The notes: generated by a model not told the origin, from the letters alone. A DNA stretch of 64,000 bases from Chloroflexota bacterium (GCA_027623195.1 JAQBUT010000011.1:6432-70431); one strand, 5' to 3'. Shown: positions 12,484 to 22,972, numbered from the stretch's first letter. Numbers and translations: made by a program.

Positions 12484-12511
12484 TATCTTTTACCTTCCTG
12501 TAGCAAAGATT

Positions 12512-12757
12512 TCATTTCGCGGTACCAGTAGGCTCATCTGGTCCCGAGTTGTCGGAGAGTACAGCCATGAGCATTCTGAACATGCCGAGTACGGCTACTG
12601 CGATTCCGACAGCCAGACCGAGGAGTGTAAGCAATGGGCCAGTGTCGAATTGTTTATCCAACCATAGCCCTCCAAAGCCGCCCCCGCCAATGCATATTCC
12701 AACGTACCAACCAATGCCTATAAGCTGGAGTACGGTGGCCATTTTACTGGCGTTCAT
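12512..12757 (-). CDS. AtpZ/AtpI-family small membrane protein, first gene of the atp operon
   Basis: Two TM helices around GLWLDKQFDTGP; GGAGG RBS; operon position. Confidence 0.85.
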   Translation of the reverse strand: MNASKMATVLQLIGIGWYVGICIGGGGFGGLWLDKQFDTGPLLTLLGLAVGIAVAVLGMFRMLMAVLSDNSGPDEPTGTAK

Positions 12758-12776
12758 AGGGCCCCTCCACGAAAGC

Positions 12777-12794
12777 TTGTGTAGTATATCACAA
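12777..12794. promoter_or_regulatory. Rex operator overlapping the -10 of the atp operon promoter
   Basis: TTGTGTAGTATATCACAA (12/14 to Rex consensus) contains the minus-strand -10 TATACT (12783-12788); TTGACC -35 at 12807-12812. Confidence 0.7.
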
Positions 12795-12833
12795 TCATTT
12801 TCAGAGGGTCAATTCTCAAATTAAGTGTCCAAT

Positions 12834-12868
12834 AAAAAGTGCGCCCCGTCGGTAATGACGGGGCGCAC
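12834..12868 (-). terminator. Intrinsic terminator of the DUF151 gene
   Basis: GTGCGCCCCGTC-N6-GACGGGGCGCAC stem with a U-tract on the minus strand. Confidence 0.8.
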
Positions 12869-12921
12869 GATATTTTTCGTATGCTTATATTAACCCGGGT
12901 GGGCCGGTGTTATTGCTGAGA

Positions 12922-13467
12922 CTAGGTGTTCTCTCCCTGCCCTAGGTCTTCCAGGTCCAAGGTTCCAATGAAGTCCTGGAACGCAGACAGGCTCTTCAAC
13001 TCCTCTTCACGCAGGGGTCGCTCCTCACCGTTCTCGCCCTCCTCAATGATGGGCTTGCCGGTCTCCATGTCCATTTGCACGCCAGCCTTCTCCACCACGC
13101 TGTCGTCCGCGAATATGGGAGCCTGCGTTCGCACTGCCAGCGCAATTGCATCGCTGGGGCGCGAGTCTATCTCAAGCTTGTCGCCATTGTGCTGAATAAC
13201 GATCTTGGCGAAGAAAGTGTCGTTGCTCAGGTCCGATACGATAATGTGGTCGACCGTTGCGCCAAGCGTGTTAATGATTGATCGAAGCAGGTCGTGAGTT
13301 AGCGGCCTTGGCACGGAAACATCCTGCAGCTTGAGAGCTATAGCGTCCGCCTCCGATGGCCCTATCCAAATGGGAAGGTACTTGTCCGAGTCTTTGACTC
13401 GGAGAATTACCACCCTCTGGTAGTTCATGAGGCTTACTCTTATGCTGTCAATGACTAGTTCCAGCAT
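12922..13467 (-). CDS. Bifunctional nuclease family protein (DUF151)
   Basis: LPIWIGPSEA, RPLTHDL and DSRPSDAIALA motifs; GGAGGAG RBS before ATG 13467. Confidence 0.92.
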   Translation of the reverse strand: MLELVIDSIRVSLMNYQRVVILRVKDSDKYLPIWIGPSEADAIALKLQDVSVPRPLTHDLLRSIINTLGATVDHIIVSDLSNDTFFAKIVIQHNGDKLEIDSRPSDAIALAVRTQAPIFADDSVVEKAGVQMDMETGKPIIEEGENGEERPLREEELKSLSAFQDFIGTLDLEDLGQGENT

Positions 13468-13691
13468 TGACTCACTCCTCCTTGGGACTCCGGGCTCAAT
13501 GCCATCGGGACCCTCTGGGAAACGCAATTTCATTTTAGGTAGTGGTAAATACGGTGTCAACGGGATTGACGGCAGTCAGGCTCTATTATTGAGCAGTTTC
13601 GGTAGAAGCCTCTGTTTCCGAATCACCAGTCTGTTAACCGTTAAATAACCGTTTACCCCACAAATCACGCATAAACATATACGGCGTGGGG

Positions 13692-13898
13692 TCAAACTTG
13701 CGGAGGTGATTTCCAGGGAGAGCCTTTGATCCTTTTTGCCAGGTCCGACCTCGGCATTATCACCTTACGGTCGCAGCCCTGGCAGCGTATTCCGATATCG
13801 GCGCCAACCCGCACCACCTGCCATTCGTAAGCCCCGCAAGGGTGTACCTTCTTTAGCCGTACGGAGTCGCCTATCTCTACCTCTAATTTTATGGCCAC
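13692..13898 (-). CDS. DUF951 family protein
   Basis: LKKVHPCG, RVGADIGIRCQGC motif. Confidence 0.85.
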   Translation of the reverse strand: MAIKLEVEIGDSVRLKKVHPCGAYEWQVVRVGADIGIRCQGCDRKVIMPRSDLAKRIKGSPWKSPPQV

Positions 13899-14725
13899 TT
13901 CATGCCCTCCAGCTTCAGAATACGATTGATGTTGTCACGCAGATTCTGAGCAACAGACCGAGCGGCCTGGGCAAAGTCGTCTTTATCCGACGAAGCGTAA
14001 AGGACACTTCTGGAGGAGTTGATGATGATGTTGGGATATTCGGAATCCATGCCGAATTTTACAGAGTTCTCCAGGTCGCCCCCTTGCGCGCCGATAGCCG
14101 GAATAAGCACTGGCATTCCAGGGCAACGCTCCCTGACAACGCTGAGCTGATCGGGGTAGGTCGCTCCAACTACCAGGCAGACGTTTCCGTGGGTGTTCCA
14201 TTCCCTGGACCGCTCGGCCATCCACTCGTAGAACCTTGGCTCCTGGCCGTCGGCGCTTACTCGCAGGTCTTGGAACTCTTGGGATCCGGGATTGGAAGAC
14301 CTGCACCAGACGAATACGCCTTTGTCCTCGTATTTGAAAAATGGCTCCAGGGACTCGCCGCCTGCGAAGGCGTTCACAGTGATGGCGTCGAACCCCCACA
14401 CATCGAAAAGAGCCTTGGCGTAGGCAGCGTTGGTGGAAGCGATGTCCCCACGTTTGGCGTCGCCAAGTATAATCACCTCAGGGGCTACTTCCCTTATATA
14501 GTCAATGGTCTTACGAAGCGCCTCCAGGCCGGGCATGCCCAGGGCTTCGTAAAATGCCAGGTTGGGTTTGTACGTGCAGACCAGGTCCTTAGTAGCGTCG
14601 ATTATACCCTTATTGAAGTCGATAATTTCCACGGGCATGCGCTCGGGGTCCGGGTCCAGCCCAATGCTGACCAGACTACCGGTGGCGTTGCAGGCGTCGC
14701 TCAAGCGTTGTAGGAATGGATTCAA
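13889..14725 (-). CDS. pyrF: Orotidine-5'-phosphate decarboxylase (type 2)
   Basis: GLDPD, YKPNLAFYE, DAKRGDI, SSNPGS, VVGAT, GAQGG and NSSRS motifs. Confidence 0.94.
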   Translation of the reverse strand: MNPFLQRLSDACNATGSLVSIGLDPDPERMPVEIIDFNKGIIDATKDLVCTYKPNLAFYEALGMPGLEALRKTIDYIREVAPEVIILGDAKRGDIASTNAAYAKALFDVWGFDAITVNAFAGGESLEPFFKYEDKGVFVWCRSSNPGSQEFQDLRVSADGQEPRFYEWMAERSREWNTHGNVCLVVGATYPDQLSVVRERCPGMPVLIPAIGAQGGDLENSVKFGMDSEYPNIIINSSRSVLYASSDKDDFAQAARSVAQNLRDNINRILKLEGMKWP

Positions 14726-14883
14726 GGCTGGGCTCCCCCTCTGGCAAAGGCCATTGGCCCTTGGAACTGTAGATTCAGTTTAGTCGGCCCATGCGCCCGG
14801 GGCAAGGCGATATTTTTGGATTTACATCTCTTATTATTGGTGGGGATTTTCGCCTTAAAAGTTTTCATGTAGGCTGAACTAAA

Positions 14884-15588
14884 GTGTTATTGCCGAGAAA
14901 TCTTAAAAAAGCGACTTTCGTTGAAAGACTGAATCGTTTTGCCATGCTAGCCGATGTTGACGGCCAACAAGTCCTCTGTCATGTGGCCAACTCCGGCAGG
15001 TTACGGGAGTTGCTTTCCCCTGATAATACTCTCTGGCTTACCCCTGCCCCAGAAGGTGCTGACCGCAAAACAACTCATGACTTGCGGTTGGTGGGCATTG
15101 GTGGCGTGCTGGTTTCCGGCGACGCTCGACTGCCAAACCATCTGCTGCGTGAGGCCATAGAAAGCGGTAGGCTTCCAGAATTTGGCGGGTTCGACGAGGT
15201 GCGAAGCGAGGTAACCTATGGCGATAGTCGCCTGGACCTGGTGTTGACGGGCAAGGATGCCTCCTGTCTTGTGGAGGCGAAATCGGTGACGCTGGTGGAA
15301 AACAGGGTGGCGCTGTTCCCGGATGCGCCGACAAGCCGGGGCAGAAAGCATGTTTTGAATCTGTGCAATGCTGTCGGGGAAGGCTATCGGGGTGCCGTGG
15401 TTTTCGTCGTTCAGAGGCCAGACGCCGATTCTCTGGAACCTAACGTGACTTCCGATCCTAAGCTTTACGACGCGCTGTTGGAGGCAGAGGCCGTCGGCGT
15501 GGAGATTTACGCCTACACGTGCCGCGTGAGTCTGGAAGAAATTTCCATAACCGACCGCATTCCCGTGAGGCTGCACGATCTTGGATGA
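14884..15588 (+). CDS. sfsA: DNA/RNA nuclease SfsA
   Basis: RLNRF, HVANSGRLREL, SRLD, VEAKSVTL and FPDAPTSRGRKH motifs. Confidence 0.92.
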   Translation: MLLPRNLKKATFVERLNRFAMLADVDGQQVLCHVANSGRLRELLSPDNTLWLTPAPEGADRKTTHDLRLVGIGGVLVSGDARLPNHLLREAIESGRLPEFGGFDEVRSEVTYGDSRLDLVLTGKDASCLVEAKSVTLVENRVALFPDAPTSRGRKHVLNLCNAVGEGYRGAVVFVVQRPDADSLEPNVTSDPKLYDALLEAEAVGVEIYAYTCRVSLEEISITDRIPVRLHDLG

Positions 15589-16294
15589 GATCGGTGCCGA
15601 CGAAGTCTCACTAGGTGACACGCTTACGACAGTATACGATGTGCTGTTAAATCGTTATGGCCCGCAGCACTGGTGGCCGGGAGATTCGCCTTTCGAAATG
15701 ATGGTGGGAGCAGTCCTGACGCAGGCAGCCTCCTGGACCAACGTAGAGAAGGCTATAGCCAATTTGAAGGAAGCGGACGCGCTGTCGCCAAGGGCTATAC
15801 GTGAGCTAGAACAGGACGACCTGGCGCGGCTTGTCTACCCCAGCGGCTACTACAACGCCAAGGCCCGTAAGCTGAAGGCGCTGGCCGAGTTCATCGGCAG
15901 CAAATTCGCCGACGATATCACTTCTATGGCGTCTGTGGACACTGGGGTATTGAGGGCACAGCTTCTAGGCGTACACGGCATTGGCGAGGAGACCGCAGAC
16001 GACATCCTGCTCTACCCGTTAGATAAGCCAGCGTTCGTTATCGACGAATACGCCAGGAGACTGCTGTTTAGGCTGGGCATCGCCCCTGAGGTGGGACCTT
16101 ATAAGTTGTATCGCTCGACGTTCACCGACAACTTGCCGGAAGATACAAAAATGTTCGCGGAGTATCACGCGCTTATCGTTCGACATGGTAGGGAGAATTG
16201 CCAGAAGAGTCCAGTGTGTGGCGGTTGCTGCCTTCTGGAAATCTGCCCAACGGGACAGTCAACGGAAGTCGTTTTGCACGGTATTGACGATTAG
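15581..16294 (+). CDS. Endonuclease III-related HhH-GPD glycosylase with a C-terminal Fe-S Cys cluster
   Basis: WWPG, GAVLTQ, GIGEETADDILLY, C-x6-C-x2-C-x5-C. Confidence 0.88.
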   Translation: MDEIGADEVSLGDTLTTVYDVLLNRYGPQHWWPGDSPFEMMVGAVLTQAASWTNVEKAIANLKEADALSPRAIRELEQDDLARLVYPSGYYNAKARKLKALAEFIGSKFADDITSMASVDTGVLRAQLLGVHGIGEETADDILLYPLDKPAFVIDEYARRLLFRLGIAPEVGPYKLYRSTFTDNLPEDTKMFAEYHALIVRHGRENCQKSPVCGGCCLLEICPTGQSTEVVLHGIDD

Positions 16295-16312
16295 CCGAAT
16301 GAGGGCGACCAG

Positions 16313-17404
16313 CTACCTTGGCGCGTCCAACACGACCACGCTGTTGGTTTTGATAATGAGGTAGATGTCTTCGCCGACTTTCAGACCGAGGTCGGTGAGT
16401 GACGCCTGGGTAATCTCCACGATAACCTGGGTGCCTATGTCGGCGTAAATCAGCACCCTGGAACCCAACACGTGTATTTCGCGGACTGTGGACTTAACTA
16501 TATTACGGGCGCTCATTCGCGGCGGAATCTCGTCGGCCAAAATGACGTCGCCCGCCCTGATGGACACCATTACCTTTTCCCCGGGGCCCCGTTTAGTCTC
16601 GGGCGCAAACAGCGTCGCGTCGCCGATTTTTAGTTCGGCCAGACCGTCGCTCCCCTGCACTACCATGACCTCCGCTTCCAGGAGATTCTCAAGGGTAGCG
16701 TAATCGGCGATCTCGGCCAGGCCGGGGTGGACCAGGGAATTTGAAACGTTGCCGTAAGTCACGGGCCTTCCCTGCTTCAGCACCAGCATTTGATCGGCCA
16801 ACGCCATCACCTCTGATACTGAGTGGGAGACGTAAATTATCGGCGTGTCTAACTCTCGGCGTATGCGGTTCAGGTACTCGATAATCACTCCGCGAAAGCC
16901 ACCGTCCAGTGACGCCAACGGCTCGTCCAGAAGCAGAAGGTCTGGAGATGTGGCCAAAGCCCTGGCCAGCGCCACTCTTTGTCTCTCTCCACCGGATAGG
17001 TTGTCTACCCTTCGGTTCATCAGGCCGGACAATTGCAAAAGGTCGGCCACCTTTTCCGGTCCGATTTTTCGCAGAGGCTCGGGAGTCAGGTTGAATCCGT
17101 ACATGAGGTTGCCTTTGACATCCATATGTGGGAACAGTGCAGAGTCCTGAAAGACGTATCCGAATCGGCGCTTTTCCGGAGGCAAATGCTCTCCACTTTC
17201 GGACGAAAAAAGACGCTTTCCCTTGAAGTCGATATAACCCTGGTCCGGGTGGATCATACCGGCGATGCAGTTCAGGAGCGTCGATTTGCCGCTGCCGGAG
17301 GCTCCGAAAATAGCTGTTACTCCAGACTCGAATGACGCCTGGCAGTCCAAAGTAAAATTCGAATATTCCTTGATGACGTGGAAATCTACAATTGGACTCG
17401 TCAT
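16313..17404 (-). CDS. modC: Molybdate ABC transporter ATP-binding protein with TOBE domains
   Basis: GASGSGKS, LSGGERQRVA, LLLLDEP; C-terminal mop/TOBE region. Confidence 0.92.
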   Translation of the reverse strand: MTSPIVDFHVIKEYSNFTLDCQASFESGVTAIFGASGSGKSTLLNCIAGMIHPDQGYIDFKGKRLFSSESGEHLPPEKRRFGYVFQDSALFPHMDVKGNLMYGFNLTPEPLRKIGPEKVADLLQLSGLMNRRVDNLSGGERQRVALARALATSPDLLLLDEPLASLDGGFRGVIIEYLNRIRRELDTPIIYVSHSVSEVMALADQMLVLKQGRPVTYGNVSNSLVHPGLAEIADYATLENLLEAEVMVVQGSDGLAELKIGDATLFAPETKRGPGEKVMVSIRAGDVILADEIPPRMSARNIVKSTVREIHVLGSRVLIYADIGTQVIVEITQASLTDLGLKVGEDIYLIIKTNSVVVLDAPR

Positions 17405-17416
17405 AACTGGTATTCC

Positions 17417-18094
17417 CTACCTCGCCTCCGTGTTACCTTGCGAGCGTTCCAAGAGCCAGTTGTGAAGAGCCAGCGTTAACGCCGCCAGGCCGACGGATAC
17501 GGCTACCAGACGCAAAGCCATGTCGTCGTCTCCTAGCTGCACCCTGGAGAATATTGCCAGCGGTAGCGTCTGCGTACGTCCCGGGATGTTCCCTGCCACA
17601 ACGATGGTGGCTCCGAACTCGCTCATCGCCCTAACGAAACCCAGGAGAATACCTGCCAGGATTCCTCGGTATGCCAGAGGGACGGTGATGGTGAAAAGGA
17701 CGCGCCACGGCCCTGCGCCCAGGCTTCTGGCAGAGCGCTCCAAAACCGGGTCTACGCCTCTCATTGACACCATGATCGTGCGCGCCATCAAGGGGAAGGA
17801 CACTATGGCGGCGGCAATGGCAGCAGCAACCCAGGTGAAGGTCACGTCTGCCCCGAAAACATTCTGAATTATGCCGCCCAATGGGCCATTCCTGCCGAGA
17901 AGCATAAGTAGTAGATATCCCACCACTACCGGGGGCACCGCGAGGGGTAGGGACATAAAAATGTCCAGGACGAAGCTCCCGGGCACTCGCTTTTTGATTA
18001 TTAGCCAGCTCAGGCCCACCGCGAAAGGCACGTCGATGATTGTGGCTACCAGAGCTATCTGCAGAGTCAGCCCTATTACAGGCAGGATTTCCAT
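17417..18094 (-). CDS. modB: Molybdate ABC transporter permease
   Basis: LPLAVPPVVVG, ARSLGA, EFGATIVVAGNIPGRTQTLPLAI. Confidence 0.94.
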   Translation of the reverse strand: MEILPVIGLTLQIALVATIIDVPFAVGLSWLIIKKRVPGSFVLDIFMSLPLAVPPVVVGYLLLMLLGRNGPLGGIIQNVFGADVTFTWVAAAIAAAIVSFPLMARTIMVSMRGVDPVLERSARSLGAGPWRVLFTITVPLAYRGILAGILLGFVRAMSEFGATIVVAGNIPGRTQTLPLAIFSRVQLGDDDMALRLVAVSVGLAALTLALHNWLLERSQGNTEAR

Positions 18095-18134
18095 TAGAAG
18101 CCGATGGCCTCCCCGTTATTACTTTCGAACATGA

Positions 18135-18926
18135 TTACTTCCCACCTTCGAGAATGCTAAAGCCATGGTTTACCAAGATTCGCAATGCCTCTTCGCCATT
18201 TAAAAAATCGAAGAATTCCGTCGCTGCTGCCGGATTATCACCACCGCTCAACAGGACCGCAGGGTAGGCTATTTTGGAGTAGGAATCGATTGGCACCACG
18301 TCAATAACTTCGAGACCGCCTGCAATCGCGGCGTCCGTCTGGTATACAAACGCAACATCAGCATTGCCGGACTCCACGTACGCCATGGTGGCCCTTACGT
18401 CGGCACCAAACGCCATCTTACTCTGTAGCTCATCCCACAGCCCCAGGTTGACGAGGGATTCCTTGGCGTAACCGCCAGCAGGCGCAAGGTCCGGGGCTGC
18501 CATAGCTACTCGACCGACCTTGTCGGAGGTGAGGTCTAGCAGGTCATTCAAGTTCGGGCCGTTTTTCTCAGTCACCAGCACCAGCCTGTTGGACAACAGG
18601 TCCGTTTTGTTCAGCATTCCAACCTCCCGCTCTTCCAGGAAGTCCACTGGAAACCGACCTGCCGAGATGAAAATATCCGCAGGCGCGCCCGTGGCAATCT
18701 GTTGCGCCAGCGTTTGAGACCCACCGTAGCTAACCAGCACTTGAACTGTGTTTCTGGCCTCGTAAGCCGCGATTGCCTCATCCAAGGCGTTCGTGAGGCT
18801 GGTTGCTGCGAAGATCAGGATCTCGCTGTTGCCGGAGTTTGCAGAGCCGCACGATGTTCCGGCCAACAGGCCCAAAAACAGGAGGACTGTCCCTACGGTG
18901 TGTCTAACCTGCAGGATTGACATCAA
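18135..18926 (-). CDS. modA: Molybdate ABC transporter substrate-binding lipoprotein
   Basis: Lipobox LAGTSC, AATSL, GAPADIFISA, PAGGYA, DVRAT, VYQTDA. Confidence 0.92.
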   Translation of the reverse strand: MMSILQVRHTVGTVLLFLGLLAGTSCGSANSGNSEILIFAATSLTNALDEAIAAYEARNTVQVLVSYGGSQTLAQQIATGAPADIFISAGRFPVDFLEEREVGMLNKTDLLSNRLVLVTEKNGPNLNDLLDLTSDKVGRVAMAAPDLAPAGGYAKESLVNLGLWDELQSKMAFGADVRATMAYVESGNADVAFVYQTDAAIAGGLEVIDVVPIDSYSKIAYPAVLLSGGDNPAAATEFFDFLNGEEALRILVNHGFSILEGGK

Positions 18927-19097
18927 CTCACATATTTCCGAAAAAATTCCCTGGCCTTTAAAGTCTCAAGTGCCTTGGACATGGAATTAGAAGCGTAGGC
19001 GGGTAAGCTATTATAAGTCGGCCCGCAAAATAAATCCCGTAGAGGTAACCATGACGCCGAAAACGGGTATGGGGACGTATTTTTTAGCCCACTCAGC

Positions 19098-19127
19098 TTG
19101 AATAGACAAGGGTTGAAATGCTATAAT
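19098..19127 (+). promoter_or_regulatory. Promoter of the nusA operon
   Basis: TTGAAT-N18-TATAAT with extended -10 TG. Confidence 0.6.
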
Positions 19128-19152
19128 CTGATAGGAATTGGCTCTTTTTATA

Positions 19153-19180
19153 AAAGTGGGGTGTCCCCACTTTATTTTTT
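19153..19180 (+). promoter_or_regulatory. Leader hairpin with U-tract upstream of nusA (attenuator-like)
   Basis: AAAGTGGGG-TGT-CCCCACTTT followed by ATTTTTT, between promoter and start codon. Confidence 0.55.
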
Positions 19181-19225
19181 AGGAGGAGCTTTAGTTACAA
19201 TTGTTATAAGGAGGTGGCTGAAGTT

Positions 19226-20809
19226 ATGAAAAGCGATTTCATAGTCGCGCTAACTCAGTTGGCAGCTGAACGCGGGCTTCCTAGAGAAATTGTGCTATCA
19301 GCCATCGAGGCTGCGCTGGTGTCTGCCTATCGCAAGGACAGCATAACGGCGGGCCAGAATGTATCTGTGAAACTAGACCCTGGCAGTGGTGACGTCACCG
19401 TCTACATACTGAAGACGGTTGTAGAGGAAGTTACAGACCACCAGATAGAGATCACCCTGGCGGACGCCCAGAAGATCGATCCCACCGCTGAGATGGGGGG
19501 CACTGTAGTCACAGAGAGCATGCCCCACACGCCGGGACGTATCGCAGCCCAGACGGCCAAGCAGGTCGTTATGCAGAGGCTACGGGAAGCCGAGCGTGAA
19601 ATCGTATTCATGGAGTACGAGGATAAGGAAGGCGAGGTCTTCTCGGTGAACATCCAACGGGTGGAGCCGAAGCAGGTCATCGTCGATCTTGGACGAGCGG
19701 AAGCTGTTCTACCGATTAGTGAGCAGGTGGCTGCTGAAAGGTATCGTAGCGGAAGTAAGATGAAGGTTTTGCTGAAGACCGTGGAGCGATCTGGCAAGGG
19801 GCCAGAGCTAATCGTCTCCCGGGCGGACACGCAACTCCTGCGGCGGCTGTTCGAAATGGAAGTGCCGGAGGTATTCAGTGGCGCTGTGGAGATTGACTCC
19901 ATTGCCCGCGAACCCGGTTCTCGCAGCAAGGTGGCCGTAAGAGCTACGCAAGATGGAGTAGACCCCGTAGGTTCATGTGTGGGGCTCCGAGGCGTGCGCA
20001 TTCAAAATATCGTTAACGAACTTCACGGTGAAAAGATCGACGTGGTTGAGTGGAACAAGGAAGCAGCCATTTTCCTTGCTAATGCTCTTAGCCCCGCGCA
20101 GGTCATGAAGGTGGAGTTGAATATTGATGACCAGACCGCCAAAGCGATTGTCCCTGAACGTCAGTTGTCCCTGGCTATAGGCAAGGAGGGCCAGAACGTT
20201 CGTCTGGCTGCACGTCTAACCGGTTGGAAGATCGACATCAAGGGCAACGTCGAATACGAGGCAGAGCTTGCAGAGCGTGCGGTGAATGAGGCCGAGGCTA
20301 TTGCCACCGGTGCCGTCGCCGTTGAGGAGCCACCGGTAGTAGAAGAGGTTGAGGCGGTAGCTGAAGAGGCCGTCGCGACTGAGGCAGTGGAAGCAGAACC
20401 GGCAGTCGCCAAGGTCGAAGAGGCGGTTGCTGAGGAAGCCAAGGCTGAAGTTGAAGTCGTTCCTGTTGCCGAAGAGGCGCCTGTCGTAGAACAGCCCGTG
20501 GTTGTGGCTGAGGTAAAATCCGAGCCTAAGCCCGCCCCTGTGCGCCAACCTGTGGCGCCTGCCGAGCGCTCCGCTTCGTTGCGTGATGTACCGGAGGCTA
20601 TCTGGTCTGTTAGGCGCGCCCGTCGATCTTCACCTGATGCCAATGAGCCCGGCCAGATTAGGTTCGCGGAAGATATCGCGGGACTTCGAGGAGGGGTTAC
20701 GGCTTCCAGAAGAGGCAGGCGTCGCGATGATCCTGATGCCGTTCCCGCTGCGACCGCACAGCCTGAGGCGCCCAAGCGCAAGACCAAGGCTGGAAAGAAG
20801 CGCCGCTAG
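19226..20809 (+). CDS. nusA: Transcription termination/antitermination factor NusA with a long acidic C-terminal extension
   Basis: GRIAAQTAKQV, AREPGSRSKVAV, SLAIGKEGQNVRLAARLTGWKIDI; AAGGAGG RBS before ATG 19226. Confidence 0.96.
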   Translation: MKSDFIVALTQLAAERGLPREIVLSAIEAALVSAYRKDSITAGQNVSVKLDPGSGDVTVYILKTVVEEVTDHQIEITLADAQKIDPTAEMGGTVVTESMPHTPGRIAAQTAKQVVMQRLREAEREIVFMEYEDKEGEVFSVNIQRVEPKQVIVDLGRAEAVLPISEQVAAERYRSGSKMKVLLKTVERSGKGPELIVSRADTQLLRRLFEMEVPEVFSGAVEIDSIAREPGSRSKVAVRATQDGVDPVGSCVGLRGVRIQNIVNELHGEKIDVVEWNKEAAIFLANALSPAQVMKVELNIDDQTAKAIVPERQLSLAIGKEGQNVRLAARLTGWKIDIKGNVEYEAELAERAVNEAEAIATGAVAVEEPPVVEEVEAVAEEAVATEAVEAEPAVAKVEEAVAEEAKAEVEVVPVAEEAPVVEQPVVVAEVKSEPKPAPVRQPVAPAERSASLRDVPEAIWSVRRARRSSPDANEPGQIRFAEDIAGLRGGVTASRRGRRRDDPDAVPAATAQPEAPKRKTKAGKKRR

Positions 20810-20813
20810 GAAG

Positions 20814-21101
20814 ATGGTGGCACGCACTCGGCACGAACCTCAAAGGACGTGCGTGATTTGTAGCCGAAAAACTTCTAAAAATGAGCTTACTCGACTGTGT
20901 GCTAACCCTGATGGTTCGGTAACAGTCGACACAACGGGGAAGGCTCCGGGTAGAGGGGCCTACATTTGTACCGGAGGGGGATGCTACAAGAAAGGGCTTA
21001 ACAGAGGACGCTTGGAGTATGTGCTGCGAACTAAAATGGATCAGGATAATTGGGAGCGGATATTGTCGGAAATGTCCGCTCCCAATGATTTAATGCCCTA
21101 A
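20814..21101 (+). CDS. ylxR: YlxR/RnpM family protein (DUF448)
   Basis: PQRTCVIC, DTTGKAPGRGAYIC; lies between nusA and infB. Confidence 0.9.
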   Translation: MVARTRHEPQRTCVICSRKTSKNELTRLCANPDGSVTVDTTGKAPGRGAYICTGGGCYKKGLNRGRLEYVLRTKMDQDNWERILSEMSAPNDLMP

Positions 21102-21163
21102 AAATGCTAAAATAAGAACTGCTATATTAGCAGTATTAAAAATAACCAACATAACGGGGGAAT

Positions 21164-22972
21164 ATGACTAACAGGATCGATAACGGAACCCAGCAGGTCA
21201 GCGACAACGGTGCGGAAGAAGAAATTTACGATATTGAACCTTTAGAGGTGCCGGCTGCGATATCAGTTCACGACCTTGCTGATCTGATGATGACCACGCC
21301 TGTCGAAGTTATCAAGGAATTCATGCGCACCGGCCACATGTACTCCATTAATGATGTGGTGCAGCATGATGTCGTCAGCGTTATTGCCCCCGCCTTCGGA
21401 TTCGAAGTGCTGTCTCAGGAAGCGGCGACTAGACCCGGATCCATCGTTCTTTCCATGGACGAGGAAGACCCTAGCCAATTGGTTGCGCGGCCCCCTGTCG
21501 TTACCATCCTGGGGCACGTTGACCACGGAAAGACGACGCTTCTGGACACAATACGAAAGAGCAATGTTGTATCAGGTGAAGCCGGAGGTATCACTCAGCA
21601 TATCGGGGCCTACCAGGTGAAGTCTAATGGCCATGTTATTACCTTCCTGGATACCCCAGGCCACGCTGCATTCACAGCCATGCGGGCGCGAGGTGCCCAG
21701 GTTACGGACATAGCAATTCTGGTGGTGGCTGCGGACGACGGCATTATGCCGCAGACGGAGGAGGCCATTGACCATGTGAAGGCTGCCGGGGTGCCAATTG
21801 TCGTGGCCATCAACAAGGTGGATCGTCCCGACGCAGACACTGAAAGGGTCAAGCGCCAGTTGGCAGAGCACGACTTACTCATTGAAGAGTGGGGCGGCAA
21901 CGTGATCTCAGCCTCGGTTTCTGCCCTAACGGGTGAAGGTGTGCCAGAGTTGCTGGAGAGCATTATCATTGTCTCCGAAGTAGAAGAGCTTAAGGCCAAC
22001 CCACATGCATTAGCCAAAGGTGTTGTCGTCGAGGCAAGGCGAGACAAGAGCCGTGGTACGGAGACCACCATGCTCGTGCAGAACGGCACTCTTAAGGTTG
22101 GAGACAATCTTGTAATCGGGACATTGCGAGGCCGAATACGGGCCATGTTTACCGATCGCGGCGAGGCGATTGAATCTGCCGGGCCTTCCCAGCCGGTGGT
22201 GATACTCGGTATGACTGGCCTTCCTGAAGCCGGACATATATTCCAGGTGGTCGCAGACGAAAGAGAAGCTCGTCAAGTCGTGGAAAGCCGGCAAAGACAA
22301 GCCGATATGCAGAAGTCCTCAGGGCCGACCCTGGAAGACGTGCACACTCGTATCGAGTCGGGTGAGATAAAGGGTCTAAACCTGATAGTAAAGACGGACG
22401 TTCAGGGTAGCGTTGAGGCCATCAAGGGCGCGCTGAACAATCTGAACACCGACAGGACCAGGGTTAACCTGGTGCATGCGGCCAGCGGTTCCATTACCGA
22501 GAGTGACATACTTTTGGCAGTGGCGTCTCAGGCTATCGTAATAGGATTCAATAGCACTCCCGAGCAGGCAGCTCAGGCCTTCGCAAACCAGGAAGGCGTG
22601 GAGATTCGGCATTACAGTATCATCTACAATCTGCTGGACGATGTTGAATTGGCGCTGACTGGTCTCTTGGAGCCGGTCTACCAGGACGTGGTTGAGGGAC
22701 GAGCAACGGTTAGAGCCATATTCAAGGTCGGCAGAAGGCAAGAAGTTGCAGGGTTCTACGTGAACGAAGGGCGCTTTGCTCGTGACTCCAAGGTGCATGT
22801 GTTACGCGGGAGAGAGCAACTTTACGTTGGAACACTGACCAGCCTGAAGCACTTCAAGGACGATGTCCGAGAAGTTGCCACGGGATTAGAGGGCGGCCTG
22901 ATGGTCGATGGCTTCAACAGCTTTGAAGAGGGTGACACGCTGGAAGCACACCGTTCCGTGAGAGTGAGTTAG
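21164..22972 (+). CDS. infB: Translation initiation factor IF-2 (short N-terminus)
   Basis: [35 protein letters not shown] and NKVD motifs. Confidence 0.97.
   Translation: MTNRIDNGTQQVSDNGAEEEIYDIEPLEVPAAISVHDLADLMMTTPVEVIKEFMRTGHMYSINDVVQHDVVSVIAPAFGFEVLSQEAATRPGSIVLSMDEEDPSQLVARPPVVTILGHVDHGKTTLLDTIRKSNVVSGEAGGITQHIGAYQVKSNGHVITFLDTPGHAAFTAMRARGAQVTDIAILVVAADDGIMPQTEEAIDHVKAAGVPIVVAINKVDRPDADTERVKRQLAEHDLLIEEWGGNVISASVSALTGEGVPELLESIIIVSEVEELKANPHALAKGVVVEARRDKSRGTETTMLVQNGTLKVGDNLVIGTLRGRIRAMFTDRGEAIESAGPSQPVVILGMTGLPEAGHIFQVVADEREARQVVESRQRQADMQKSSGPTLEDVHTRIESGEIKGLNLIVKTDVQGSVEAIKGALNNLNTDRTRVNLVHAASGSITESDILLAVASQAIVIGFNSTPEQAAQAFANQEGVEIRHYSIIYNLLDDVELALTGLLEPVYQDVVEGRATVRAIFKVGRRQEVAGFYVNEGRFARDSKVHVLRGREQLYVGTLTSLKHFKDDVREVATGLEGGLMVDGFNSFEEGDTLEAHRSVRVS

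Noticed and set aside
13736-14713. 325-aa plus-strand ORF
   Set aside because: Antisense shadow of pyrF/DUF951 with no motifs. The same applies to the many other antisense ORFs in the track (e.g. 39521..40306, 49826..50533, 60935..61597).
12922-16294. DUF151, SfsA and EndoIII-like nucleases as a defence island
   Set aside because: All are widespread housekeeping-type genes interleaved with pyrF, on different strands, with no mobile or defence hallmarks.
18927-19090. Moco riboswitch or ModE box upstream of modA
   Set aside because: No recognisable conserved helices or ModE-type dyad could be seen by eye.
20280-20560. Repetitive GAG/GCC-rich DNA in nusA as a repeat element
   Set aside because: Reflects a low-complexity Glu/Ala/Val protein linker, not a nucleotide repeat array.
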